Below, one piece after another: positions 44,535 to 53,909 of a DNA stretch of 64,000 nucleotides; positions within the stretch are counted from its first letter, which is position 1; each line of letters begins with the position of its first letter. The DNA lies in the NCBI GenBank assembly GCA_035651635.1, contig DASRFK010000152.1, positions 19,505 through 83,504 of the forward strand. Direction: 5' to 3'. The notes under the pieces were generated by a model. The model ran no database searches and was not told the origin of the DNA. It saw nothing but the letters and a program-made list of their open reading frames with translations. The stretch comes from Verrucomicrobiia bacterium (GTDB taxonomy: Bacteria > Verrucomicrobiota > Verrucomicrobiia > Limisphaerales > UBA8199). The translations under genes were made by a program, and so were the position numbers.

Positions 44535-46619
44535 ATGGACAAGGATACTTCATTTAAACACAAAGTGGCCCTTGTGACGAGTGGCACTTGCGGAATTGGC
44601 GCAGCCGCAGCCCTGGCGCTGGGCCGGGTGGGAGCGAAAGTGGTTGTAGCCGGCCGGGGCGAAAGCGAGGGCCAGGCGGTGCTGGATGCCATCAAAAAGT
44701 CCGGCGGCGAAGGGACGTTAGTCAAAAAGGATGTCGGCCGTGAGGTCGATGTGAAGGCGATGGTGGACCGGACCGTGGCGGCGTTCAGTCGTTTCGATTT
44801 TGGCTTTAAGCAAGGAATCCGCGTGAACGCCGTGGCCTTCGGCACGGTAGAAATGGGGGTTCTCATCTGGAATTTCGAAGGTGAGATTGTCGAGGCCAAT
44901 GATTCGTTTCTGAAAATGGTGCAATACGACCGTGAAGACCTCGTCAAAGGTCGCGTGCGTTGGACAGATCTGACACCTGCCGAATGGCGTGATCGCGATG
45001 CACGCGCCTTAAACGACTTAAAGAAGGCGGGCACCGCCCAGCCGTATGAGAAAGAGTTCTTGGGGAAACAAGGCAACCGGGTACCGGTGCTAGTCGGTGG
45101 CGCATTGTTCCAGAAAGGAGGAAACGAGGGTGTAGCTTTCGTGTTCGATCTCACAGAACAAAAGTGCGCCGAGAAGGCCTTGCGGCGAAGCGAAGCCTAT
45201 TTGGCTGAATCACAAAAATTGAGCCACACGGGAAGCTGTGGCTGGAATGTTTCCAACGGAGAACTTTTCTGGTCGGAGGAAACTTACCGAATTGTGGGTA
45301 TCGCTCCAACCACCAAGCCGACGCTCGAGTTGGTATGGCAAATCGTCCATCCAGAAGACCGCGACATAGTGCAGCGGGCAATAGATGACGCCGCGAGAAT
45401 CAGTGCAGACATAGATTCAGAGCACCGTATTGTGATGTCTGATGGGTCATTTAAGGATGTCCACCTTGTCATGCACGCAGTCAAGAACCAAAACGGCAAT
45501 CTCGAGTACATCGGTGCGCTGACGGACGTGACCGCGACGAAAAATGCGTTCCGGCAGATTGAAGGATTGAAAGATCAGCTCCAAAGAGAGAATGTGGCGC
45601 TCCGCGAAGAGGTTGATGCAGCGTCCATGTTCGAGGAAATTATCGGCACTTCGGCTCCGTTAAGGGCGGTGTTGTCTCGCATCTCCAAGGTCGCCCCCAC
45701 CGATTCCACCGTTTTGATCACTGGCGAGACCGGCACGGGTAAGGAGCTAATCGCCCGGGCCATCCATAAACGGTCCGCGCGTGCGGGGCAGGCCTTTGTC
45801 AGCGTGAATTGCGCAGCTATACCACCTTCTCTAATCCATTCGGAATTGTTCGGCCACGAAAGGGGTGCTTTCACCGGAGCAATGCAACGGAAACTTGGCC
45901 GCTTCGAACTGGCGCGGGGAGGCACCTTTTTTCTCGACGAGGTCGGTGAGCTCACAGCGGAGACGCAAGTCGCGTTATTACGGGTATTGCAGGAAAATGA
46001 ATTCGAGCGGGTAGGCGGAACACAGCCTATCCGAGCGGACGTGCGGCTGATCGCAGCGACAAATCGCGACCTCAAGGAGGCAATTGCGTCCGGCGCATTT
46101 CGCAGCGACTTGTTCTACCGGCTGAACGTTTTTCCGATCGAAGTGCCGCCCCTGCGCGAGCGCAAAGAAGATATCCCGATTTTAACCGAGTATTTTATTC
46201 ACCGTTTCGCCGGCCGCATGGGGAAGAGACTCTCGGGTATCGGCCGGAAGACATTGGAGTTATTTCAATCCTACCGTTGGCCCGGCAACATTAGGGAACT
46301 GCAAAACGTCGTGGAGAGATCCGTCATCGTTTGCGAGACCGAAACGTTCTCAGTAGATGAAAGCTGGCTCGCGCGACAAGGCCCGCCGACCGAAACCACT
46401 GTCCGTCCGCTGTCTCAGAGGCTTGCGACAGACGAAAGGGCATTGATCGAAGGCGCCATGGCTGAAACACACGGCAGAGTTTCCGGCCCAGCCGGCGCGG
46501 CGGTAAAGCTCGGCATACCAGCCTCCACACTGGAATCGAAAATCCGAGCGCTCAGAATTAACAAACACCAGTTCAAGCTCGCGGCATATCCCGGACCGCT
46601 TTCATATCCTCTCACCTGA
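44535..46619 (+). CDS. sigma-54-dependent enhancer-binding protein (2 PAS + AAA+ + Fis-type HTH) with an in-frame SDR remnant at the N-terminus
   Basis: AAA+ core VLITGETGTGKELIARAIH, GAFTGA (GAFTGA loop), FLDEVGEL, RVGG, RLIAATNRDL, FRSDLFYRLNVFPI, WPGNIRELQN. C-terminal HTH AAVKLGIPASTLESKIRAL. Residues 1-106 look like an SDR with its catalytic core deleted. Alternative start at 44853. Confidence 0.9.
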   Translation: MDKDTSFKHKVALVTSGTCGIGAAAALALGRVGAKVVVAGRGESEGQAVLDAIKKSGGEGTLVKKDVGREVDVKAMVDRTVAAFSRFDFGFKQGIRVNAVAFGTVEMGVLIWNFEGEIVEANDSFLKMVQYDREDLVKGRVRWTDLTPAEWRDRDARALNDLKKAGTAQPYEKEFLGKQGNRVPVLVGGALFQKGGNEGVAFVFDLTEQKCAEKALRRSEAYLAESQKLSHTGSCGWNVSNGELFWSEETYRIVGIAPTTKPTLELVWQIVHPEDRDIVQRAIDDAARISADIDSEHRIVMSDGSFKDVHLVMHAVKNQNGNLEYIGALTDVTATKNAFRQIEGLKDQLQRENVALREEVDAASMFEEIIGTSAPLRAVLSRISKVAPTDSTVLITGETGTGKELIARAIHKRSARAGQAFVSVNCAAIPPSLIHSELFGHERGAFTGAMQRKLGRFELARGGTFFLDEVGELTAETQVALLRVLQENEFERVGGTQPIRADVRLIAATNRDLKEAIASGAFRSDLFYRLNVFPIEVPPLRERKEDIPILTEYFIHRFAGRMGKRLSGIGRKTLELFQSYRWPGNIRELQNVVERSVIVCETETFSVDESWLARQGPPTETTVRPLSQRLATDERALIEGAMAETHGRVSGPAGAAVKLGIPASTLESKIRALRINKHQFKLAAYPGPLSYPLT

Positions 46620-46636
46620 GGCAAGGGGCAAGCTTG

Positions 46637-46838
46637 ATTCGCGAAGTTTCGCGATTTAACGATTTTCGCGATTTTAATTCCGTCGCTTCGAGATAATTCG
46701 CGCCAGTTCCCAGCACCGCTCTTGTGGCTGTCTTCCAAAATCATAGTGAAATCGCAGGAAAAAAGGCCAGCTCCATTGAATTAACGGAACAATTCCAAGG
46801 CGAAGGCTCTCTTCGACCAGATTGGCACTGTTCTAGCA
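46637..46838 (+). promoter_or_regulatory. type II sigma-54 promoter region (three TCGCGA boxes + -24/-12)
   Basis: ATTCGCGAAGTTTCGCGATTTAACGATTTTCGCGATTTT at 46637..46675. TGGCACtgttcTAGCA at 46823..46838. About 140 nt upstream of the 2Fe-2S subunit gene. Confidence 0.75.
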
Positions 46839-46979
46839 ATAGTGACATCGTCGGGCACGTGAAAGGCTCCGGGGTCCACTGAAGCTGGATTTTAGTGTGG
46901 TGTATTTATTTGTGCAGTCTCTCGGCTGCATAGGTGGAACCAAAAACTTTCACGCCGAAGTCGAGCTTCGGCCCACGAT

Positions 46980-47534
46980 ATGAACGAGAGCAAAACAGAA
47001 GAAAGGCAAGGCGACTGGCGCGTGCATTTGAGCATGATGGTCAACGGTGCGCTTCGCTCATTAAAAGTCGAGCCGCGTATGACACTGCTGGATGCATTAC
47101 GTGAGGAATTGGGTCTGACTGGTCCAAAGAAATCATGCGACCGCGGCGAGTGCGGAGCATGTACGGTGCACATCGAAGGCCGGCGCATTCTTTCTTGTAT
47201 GACTCTGGCGGTGATGCACGAAGGAAAGCAGATCACCACTATAGAAGGGTTGGAGAGGGAAGGTCGGCTCCACCCGCTTCAGGAGGCATTCATCGAGCAT
47301 GATGGATTTCAATGTGGCTTCTGCACCTCGGGCCAAATCATGTCGGGGGTGGCGATGATCCAAGAGGCAAAAGCAGGTTGGCCGAGTGCTGCCACACCGG
47401 ACGTTACCAAGCCCTTCACGACGGCCGATCTTTCCGAAGCCGAAATTCGTGAGCGCATGAGCGGTAATCTTTGTCGCTGCTCTTGCTATCCCAACATCGT
47501 TGATGCCGTGGTTGACGCGACGCGAGGGAGTTGA
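46980..47534 (+). CDS. molybdenum hydroxylase small subunit, (2Fe-2S)-binding (PaoA/CoxS/YagT-like)
   Basis: CDRGECGACTV, GFQCGFCTSGQIMS, LCRCSCYPNI. No Tat signal seen. Confidence 0.9.
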   Translation: MNESKTEERQGDWRVHLSMMVNGALRSLKVEPRMTLLDALREELGLTGPKKSCDRGECGACTVHIEGRRILSCMTLAVMHEGKQITTIEGLEREGRLHPLQEAFIEHDGFQCGFCTSGQIMSGVAMIQEAKAGWPSAATPDVTKPFTTADLSEAEIRERMSGNLCRCSCYPNIVDAVVDATRGS

Positions 47535-47537
47535 ACG

Positions 47538-48533
47538 ATGCATCCTTTTACCTATTCCAGAGCGGCGGATCCGGCCGCAGCAATTGCTGCGCACGCTCAA
47601 GATCCTCGCCTCGCATTCATTGCGGGCGGAACCGATCTGCTCGGCCTGATGAAAGACCGCGAGGCGATTCCCGATCGCCTCTTGGACATCAATGGTTTGC
47701 CTCATATGGCGCGCATCGAAGTATTACGCGATGGCGGCGTGCGGATCGGAGCATTGGCTCGAATGAGTGATGTGGCCGCTGATGAAGAGATTCGCCGTCG
47801 ATTCCCGGTGATCGCCGAAAGCTTGTTGTTCGCCGCATCCGGCCAGCTTCGAAACATGGCGTCAATGGGCGGCAACATCATGCAGCGCACGCGTTGTGCC
47901 TACTTCCGCGACGAAGATGACCTTCCTTGCAACAAAAGGAAACCGGGTTCCGGCTGCGCCGCCCGGTATGGTCTCAATCGGCTTCACGCGATCTTTGGAT
48001 GGTCTGACGAATGCGTCGCTACACATCCGTCGGACTTGGCAGTAGCACTTTCGGCCCTGGACGCAGAAGTCGTGGTTCGCGGGCGGAACGGCGATCGGAC
48101 GATTTCGTTCACTGAATTTCATCGCTTGCCGGGGAACACACCGAACCGTGACAACGTGCTTGATCGCGGAGATCTAATTGTGGCGATTGAAGTGCCCCAT
48201 AGGATCGAGGGTCGCGCATCGCATTACCTCAAGCTTCGTGATCGGGAGTCCTACGAGTTCGCTCTGGTATCTGCCGCGGTCGCAGTCGCCACCAATGGTT
48301 CGCGGATCGGATCGGTGCGGCTCGCGATGGGCGGTGTCGCACATAAACCTTGGCGGCTGACCGCGGCCGAATCGGCCCTGCGGGGTGTATCGCTCGATGA
48401 TGTCCAGGCACTCAGAACAGCGATCGCCACGTCGTTTGTAGACGCTCGCCCGCTCGCACACAATTCCTTTAAGATTGAGCTTGCTCAGCGCGTCGCACTC
48501 CGCGCGGTGCAAATCGCAGGAGCACGCGCATGA
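47538..48533 (+). CDS. molybdenum hydroxylase FAD-binding subunit (PaoB/CoxM/YagS-like)
   Basis: 331 aa. FIAGGTDLLGLMK, ASMGGNIMQRTRC, CxxxxC insert typical of the YagS type. Confidence 0.85.
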   Translation: MHPFTYSRAADPAAAIAAHAQDPRLAFIAGGTDLLGLMKDREAIPDRLLDINGLPHMARIEVLRDGGVRIGALARMSDVAADEEIRRRFPVIAESLLFAASGQLRNMASMGGNIMQRTRCAYFRDEDDLPCNKRKPGSGCAARYGLNRLHAIFGWSDECVATHPSDLAVALSALDAEVVVRGRNGDRTISFTEFHRLPGNTPNRDNVLDRGDLIVAIEVPHRIEGRASHYLKLRDRESYEFALVSAAVAVATNGSRIGSVRLAMGGVAHKPWRLTAAESALRGVSLDDVQALRTAIATSFVDARPLAHNSFKIELAQRVALRAVQIAGARA

Positions 48534-50737
48534 ATGCAGTCGGACAACCTCTCTCACGTTTCGACGGACGCCTTAAGGTGACTGGCGCAGCACGCTATAC
48601 AGCAGACATTTCGATTCAAGGCGCGGTTCACGCCTCGTTTGTCTCAAGTTCGATAGCTCACGGCCGGACAACTGCGATCGACACCACTGCCGCCGAAAAA
48701 GCTCCTGGCGTGCTCGCCGTATTCACGCATCGCAATATGCTGCTCATGAATCCGACACCAAAACCTTGGAGTCACCTACATCCGCACGGGCAGTCGTATC
48801 TGCCCCTTCAGGACGACAAAATCCTATACGCTGACCAGCCGATTGCTTTGGTTGTCGCCGGAACGCTTGCCCAGGCAGCCTATGCCGGCACGTTGGTCAG
48901 GACTGATTACGAAGTTCAGCCCCCAGTGGTGTTCGGTTCGCAGACGCTGAAGGACGCCGTTCAGCCTCCGCAATTCCTGTGGCCCGTCTCCTCGTCAGTC
49001 GGAAATGCCGATGCCGCAATTTCGGCGAGCCCTGTTAGAATGAAGCAGACTTACAGCACTTCAGATCGCCACCACAATCAAATGGAACCGCACGCAACGA
49101 CTGCGATTTGGGATGGCGACGGCACATTGACGCTGTATGAAACGACCCAGCACATCTTTGGTTGTCGGGATCTGGTGTCGATCGTGCTCGGCATACCACC
49201 GGAAAAGATTAATGTCGTGTCGCAGTTCCTCGGCGGAGGTTTCGGCGGCAAGGCTTACGTGTGGCCGCACACCCTGCTGACGATTCTCGCCGCAAAGGTG
49301 CTTAGGCGGCCGGTGCGCTTCCAGCTCACACGCGCGCAAATGTATTCAATGGCGGGCCACCAGGCCGCGAGTGTGCAGACAATCGCGCTGGGCGCCACTA
49401 TCGAAGGCAGGCTGAACGGCATCCGCCACGACAGCATTTCGCCGACCGCCGTGTCCGACAACTACATCGAGTATGCGGCCCTTTGCGCGCGCTCCCTGTG
49501 GAGCGCCACTGGCGGCATCGCCACAAATCATAAAATCGTCCACGTCAACCGAAACACTCCGACAGCGCTCCGGGCCCCGCATGAGGCGCTCGGACATTTT
49601 GCGCTCGAAAGCGCGATGGACGAACTCGCGTATGCCACTGGTGTCGATCCGGTTCAGTTGCGCATGCTCAACGATACTGAGGTCGATCCAGACACCGGTC
49701 GTCCTTTCTCTTCGCGTGCTATGCGTAGGTGTCTGATAGATGGAGCGGCGAGATTCGGCTGGGAAAAGCGGACACCCGAGCCGGGCTCAATGCGCCGCGG
49801 TCGTTACCTTCTTGGGCAAGGCATGGCAGGCGCAATCTACACCCATTGGCGCTGGCCTGGACGTGCGCGAGTCACGCTGAACAGAGATGGTTCAGCGTTG
49901 GTTGAGTTGGGGACGCATGAGATAGGTACCGGCACCTACACCGTAATGCAGCAAGTCGCTGCTGACGCGCTTGGACTGCCGTCGCAAAAAGTGACCGTGC
50001 GGATTGGTGACGCCAGGTTACCACAGTCGCACGCAAGTATCGGCTCAGCTACAATGGCTAACGCCGGCGCGTCCGTTATGCTGGCGGCAAAGGCCGCGCG
50101 TGACAAAGCAATCGAGCTGGCTTGCTCCGGGCGTGGCGCGCTTTTCGGTGACGCCAATATTGACGACGTAATCGTTAGAGATGGCAGGCTTGTGCATGCG
50201 AAAAAGAACCTGGAAGTCACCTATGTCGATCTGCTGGCGCGGAACAACCTTCCTTCACTGACGGGCGATGGAAACTACGAGCCAAGCCCCGAAGGAGCGA
50301 AGGCGGTTTTTAGCTTTTCTGCGGTGTTCGCCGAAGTAATCGTCGATCCCGACTTCGGTGTCGTGCGCCTGAGCAGATTTGTCGGAGCTTACGACTGCGG
50401 CCAGGTCATCAATCCAAAGACAGCGCGCAGCCAAGCCATCGGAGGAATAATTTGGGGTATCGGACAAGCCCTGCTTGAACAGTCCGAAACTGACCCCGCG
50501 CTGGGTCGATTTCTTCACCGAAACTATTCCGGCTACCTCGTGCCGACTTCGGCAGATGTTCCAAAGCTCGACGTTGTCTTCGTTGGACAGTTCGACGAGG
50601 AAGCAAGCCCAATAGGGGCCAAGGGCTTGGGCGAACTTACTGCGGTATCAGTTGCGCCAGCAATCGCTAATGCCGTCTATCATGCCACCGGCAAGCGCGT
50701 GCGCGATCTGCCGATCACGATCGAGAAGCTACTGTGA
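48530..50737 (+). CDS. molybdenum hydroxylase large subunit, molybdopterin-binding (PaoC/CoxL/YagR-like)
   Basis: 735 aa. GKARYTAD-type start (VTGAARYTADI), QMEPH, GGGFGGK, HEIGTGTYT, IGAKGLGE. Overlaps the upstream gene by 4 nt. Confidence 0.9.
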   Translation: MNAVGQPLSRFDGRLKVTGAARYTADISIQGAVHASFVSSSIAHGRTTAIDTTAAEKAPGVLAVFTHRNMLLMNPTPKPWSHLHPHGQSYLPLQDDKILYADQPIALVVAGTLAQAAYAGTLVRTDYEVQPPVVFGSQTLKDAVQPPQFLWPVSSSVGNADAAISASPVRMKQTYSTSDRHHNQMEPHATTAIWDGDGTLTLYETTQHIFGCRDLVSIVLGIPPEKINVVSQFLGGGFGGKAYVWPHTLLTILAAKVLRRPVRFQLTRAQMYSMAGHQAASVQTIALGATIEGRLNGIRHDSISPTAVSDNYIEYAALCARSLWSATGGIATNHKIVHVNRNTPTALRAPHEALGHFALESAMDELAYATGVDPVQLRMLNDTEVDPDTGRPFSSRAMRRCLIDGAARFGWEKRTPEPGSMRRGRYLLGQGMAGAIYTHWRWPGRARVTLNRDGSALVELGTHEIGTGTYTVMQQVAADALGLPSQKVTVRIGDARLPQSHASIGSATMANAGASVMLAAKAARDKAIELACSGRGALFGDANIDDVIVRDGRLVHAKKNLEVTYVDLLARNNLPSLTGDGNYEPSPEGAKAVFSFSAVFAEVIVDPDFGVVRLSRFVGAYDCGQVINPKTARSQAIGGIIWGIGQALLEQSETDPALGRFLHRNYSGYLVPTSADVPKLDVVFVGQFDEEASPIGAKGLGELTAVSVAPAIANAVYHATGKRVRDLPITIEKLL

Positions 50738-50779
50738 GTCAGTTACGTTATTAAGGTCCTTAACGGGAGAAGCCGATTT

Positions 50780-51301
50780 ATGCCAATTCACGTCGTGATC
50801 ACTCGTCGTGTTAAAATTGGTCGCGAAGGCGAGTTCCAAGCGGCTTTGCTGGATTTTTTCCAAAAGTCGTTTTCCCAGGACGGCGTTTTGGGGGCCGACA
50901 TGCTCACACCGCCGCCAGGCTCAAACTCTCGCGAATTCGGCCTCCTGCGGACGTTCGCCGACGAGAAAGCACGTGACGCATTTTTCGAGTCCGAAATGTT
51001 CAAAGCTTGGGAGGCGAAGGTGAGAACGTTGACAGAAGGTGAACCGATCCATCGGGAATTGCATGGACTCGAAGCGTGGTTTCGTTCCTCGAGTCCACCA
51101 CCCCGATGGAAAATGTTCATCGCTACATTCTTGGGGGTCTTGCCGGTCGTCACAGTTCTGAATGTGACTCTTGGCCCGGTAATTTTGCCGTGGAATTTTC
51201 TTCTGAGGACTGCGGTCTTTAATGGCTGCATGATCGCGCTCCTGACCTGGGCCATCATGCCAATCATGACGCGGGTCCTTCACAATTGGTTGCGCTCCTA
51301 A
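50780..51301 (+). CDS. ABM-like domain + 2-TM protein (paralog of 38140..38709)
   Basis: MPIHVVITRRVKIGREGEFQ..PPPRWKMFIATFLGVLPVV. Confidence 0.6.
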   Translation: MPIHVVITRRVKIGREGEFQAALLDFFQKSFSQDGVLGADMLTPPPGSNSREFGLLRTFADEKARDAFFESEMFKAWEAKVRTLTEGEPIHRELHGLEAWFRSSSPPPRWKMFIATFLGVLPVVTVLNVTLGPVILPWNFLLRTAVFNGCMIALLTWAIMPIMTRVLHNWLRS

Positions 51302-51545
51302 CAAAGGAAAATGTCATGAGCTTAAAAACTTCTCCTGACTCCCTATTGCCCGAAAAGACCAGTTTTCAGGTTTCGGGCGAAAAATGTAAACGGGCGTTAG
51401 AACCACAAGGAAATCGCATCTCCTATGAAAGGAACAGCTTCGCAACCAGAGCACGGCCTCGTGCTGGGCAGCGGAGCCGCCGGCGCTCGATGCCGCCGGC
51501 GCCGGATGGACTGAACGTCTAGCGCAAAGGCATCGGGAACTGTCC

Positions 51546-52670
51546 GTGAAAGAACTCGCCGCTATTCTCAGCATTTGCTCGCTCCACCCGGAGAACGCGC
51601 TGGCGCTGGCAACATTGGTCAAGGCTTCCGGTTCCACTTACCGCCGTCCGGGCGCGCGGATGTTGATATTGGAAGATGGCGGGTCGGCTGGCTCCGTCAG
51701 CGGCGGCTGTCTGGAGCGCGATTTAATCGAGAAGGGGCAGGTTGCCGCCCGGAAGGGGGAAAGCATCCTGGTGACGTACGACACTTCGGCGGAGGAGGAC
51801 ATCATTTTTGGCGTGGGCCTGGGATGCAAGGGGGCGGTGCATATTCTGGTGGAACCGCTGCGGCCCGGTTCGGCGGCGGAGGAATTGATTTGCTTCATCG
51901 GAAATATTTTCCACCGACGGCATTCCGGCGCGGTAGCGACGATCTTTCAAATCCGAGGCCATGTTCAAGTCCGGTTGGGTGACCGATGGATGTTGGACTC
52001 GGATGGCAAAGTGTCGGGACGCGTGGATGACGAAGTTCTGCGTGCCAAAATAAACGCCGCCACGGTTGAAGCACTTTCGTCGAACCGTTCAAGGACAATG
52101 GAATTCGAACTGCCCGGCGGCGAGGTCGAAGTATTTGTGGAGGTGATGCACCCTCCGGCACCAATGGTGGTTTTTGGGGCTGGATACGACGCGCATCCCC
52201 TGGTTCGCCTAGCCAAGGAGGTTGGCTTTCATGTGACCGTGGCGGATGCCCGTCCGGCTTATGCGCAGGCTGTTCGGTTTCCGGAGGCAGACTCCGTGGT
52301 GGTGGTCCGGCCGGAGGAAATTGCCACGCTCGGGCTAAACCAGCGCACTGCGGTCGTCATCATGTCGCACAATTTTTTGACGGATTTGGGTTTTCTCCAA
52401 GCCGTGCTGCCGCTGAATTTGCGCTACCTGGGTTTGATGGGGCCAAGGGAGCGCACCCTCAAAATGTTGCAGGAATTGCAAGAGGCGGGATTGGAGACGA
52501 GCGAGGATCTGCTGCGAAAAATTCACAATCCGGTCGGTCTGGACATCGGGGCGGAGAACCCGGAACAAATCGCGCTGTCGATTCTCGCGGAAATCCAGGC
52601 TGTTATCACTGGTCGCCCCGGGGGTTTGCTGCGGGAAAAAAAGGGGCCGATCCATGCGCCAACCCACTAA
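51546..52670 (+). CDS. XdhC/CoxI-family molybdenum-hydroxylase maturation factor
   Basis: GTG start. ALATLVKASGSTYRRPGARMLI..GSVSGGCLE..VVFGAGYDAHPL. Confidence 0.85.
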   Translation: MKELAAILSICSLHPENALALATLVKASGSTYRRPGARMLILEDGGSAGSVSGGCLERDLIEKGQVAARKGESILVTYDTSAEEDIIFGVGLGCKGAVHILVEPLRPGSAAEELICFIGNIFHRRHSGAVATIFQIRGHVQVRLGDRWMLDSDGKVSGRVDDEVLRAKINAATVEALSSNRSRTMEFELPGGEVEVFVEVMHPPAPMVVFGAGYDAHPLVRLAKEVGFHVTVADARPAYAQAVRFPEADSVVVVRPEEIATLGLNQRTAVVIMSHNFLTDLGFLQAVLPLNLRYLGLMGPRERTLKMLQELQEAGLETSEDLLRKIHNPVGLDIGAENPEQIALSILAEIQAVITGRPGGLLREKKGPIHAPTH

Positions 52671-53358
52671 AAACTCGAACCCGCCAAGCCCTGCGGGAAC
52701 CGCTCTCATCATTCTCGCTGCAGGCACATCAACCCGCCTGGGCAAGCCCAAACAATTGCTGCCGTTCCGCGGACGAAGCCTGCTGCGTCACGCCGCCGAG
52801 ACTGCTCTGGCGTCGGTTTGTCGTCCGGCGGTGGTGGTTCTGGGCGCGGGCGAACAGCAGCTTAGAACCGAGTTATCGGGGCTGCCCGTCACCGTCACCT
52901 TGAATCCGGCGTGGGCCGAGGGCATGGCTTCGTCCATCCGTGCCGGGCTTGGCACGGTGACATCGGAGGCAAACGACCCGGACTGCGTAGTCATCATGCT
53001 TTGCGATCAACCTTTGATCACCGCCGAGACGCTGGACGAACTGGTCAAAGTCCACCGCAAGGAGAACCAAGGCATCGTCGCCTGCGAGTATGAGGACACG
53101 CTCGGAGTCCCCGCTCTCTTCAGCCGAGAATATTTCTCCGAATTGGCCGGGTTGGCGGGAGACGAGGGCGCCCGCAAAATCATTCTCAAACATAACAAGA
53201 ACCTGTCACGCATTCCTGCGCCGGAAGCCGCCTTCGATGTGGACCGTCTGGAACAGGCTGCGCGGCTGGAAGCTTTGGGCCAGGCCGGATGGTCAAATCA
53301 GACTGTCGAAGGTGAAGGAATGGATTTGCCTCGCCGGAGCACATTCAAAGACATTTGA
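52654..53358 (+). CDS. MobA/MocA-like nucleotidyltransferase (molybdenum cofactor cytidylyl/guanylyl-transferase family)
   Basis: ALIILAAGTSTRLGKPKQLLPFRGRSLL..MLCDQPLI. Overlaps the XdhC-like gene by 17 nt. Confidence 0.8.
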   Translation: MRQPTKNSNPPSPAGTALIILAAGTSTRLGKPKQLLPFRGRSLLRHAAETALASVCRPAVVVLGAGEQQLRTELSGLPVTVTLNPAWAEGMASSIRAGLGTVTSEANDPDCVVIMLCDQPLITAETLDELVKVHRKENQGIVACEYEDTLGVPALFSREYFSELAGLAGDEGARKIILKHNKNLSRIPAPEAAFDVDRLEQAARLEALGQAGWSNQTVEGEGMDLPRRSTFKDI

Positions 53359-53454
53359 GTTCACGATACGACCGTTCAAACCAAAAAGGATTGCTTCGAC
53401 TCCTCGAAGCGCGGGATCAGCGCGACGCGAACCGATTCGGTCTGATTTTGGAAT

Positions 53455-53515
53455 AATGTTTGGCTTGCCAGCCTCGACGCTCGAGTCGAAGATCCGAGGA
53501 CTTAAAAATCGCTAA
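53455..53515 (+). pseudogene. relic of the last ~20 codons of an EBP gene
   Basis: FGLPASTLESKIRGLKNR* parallels LGIPASTLESKIRALRINKHQFK at the end of 44535..46619. Nucleotide similarity continues into the downstream intergenic region. Confidence 0.6.
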
Positions 53516-53597
53516 ACATCAAGTCAAGGCTCCGAGGGACAATTCTTGAAGCCGTCTCCATTCCGTTCTACCCCCGCTTCGACTTGATTTGCGGTTC

Positions 53598-53789
53598 TTC
53601 GCGATTTCGCGATTTTCGCGATTTTAATTTCAGCGCTTCGAGATCAATTCACGTCGGTTCCAGCACCGCTGTTGCGAGCTTTCTTTCAAAATGCCCTTGA
53701 ATTGGCGGAGAAAACTCCCAGTTCCATTAGGTTAACGGGCGAATTTCAAGGCGAAAACTTCCTTCGATCAGGTTGGCATGGGTCTAGCA
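53598..53789 (+). promoter_or_regulatory. type II sigma-54 promoter region
   Basis: TTCGCGATTTCGCGATTTTCGCGATTTT at 53598..53625. TGGCATgggtcTAGCA at 53774..53789. Colinear with 46637..46838. Confidence 0.7.
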
Positions 53790-53909
53790 ATGCTCAAACT
53801 GTCGGGGCGTGTGATAGGTTCCGGGTCCCGCTGGCCTGAGGAACATGTTTTACACACACGAACTAATGAAGATGTCGGTTTTATTTCGAACAAAGAAAGG
53901 AAAAACGCA

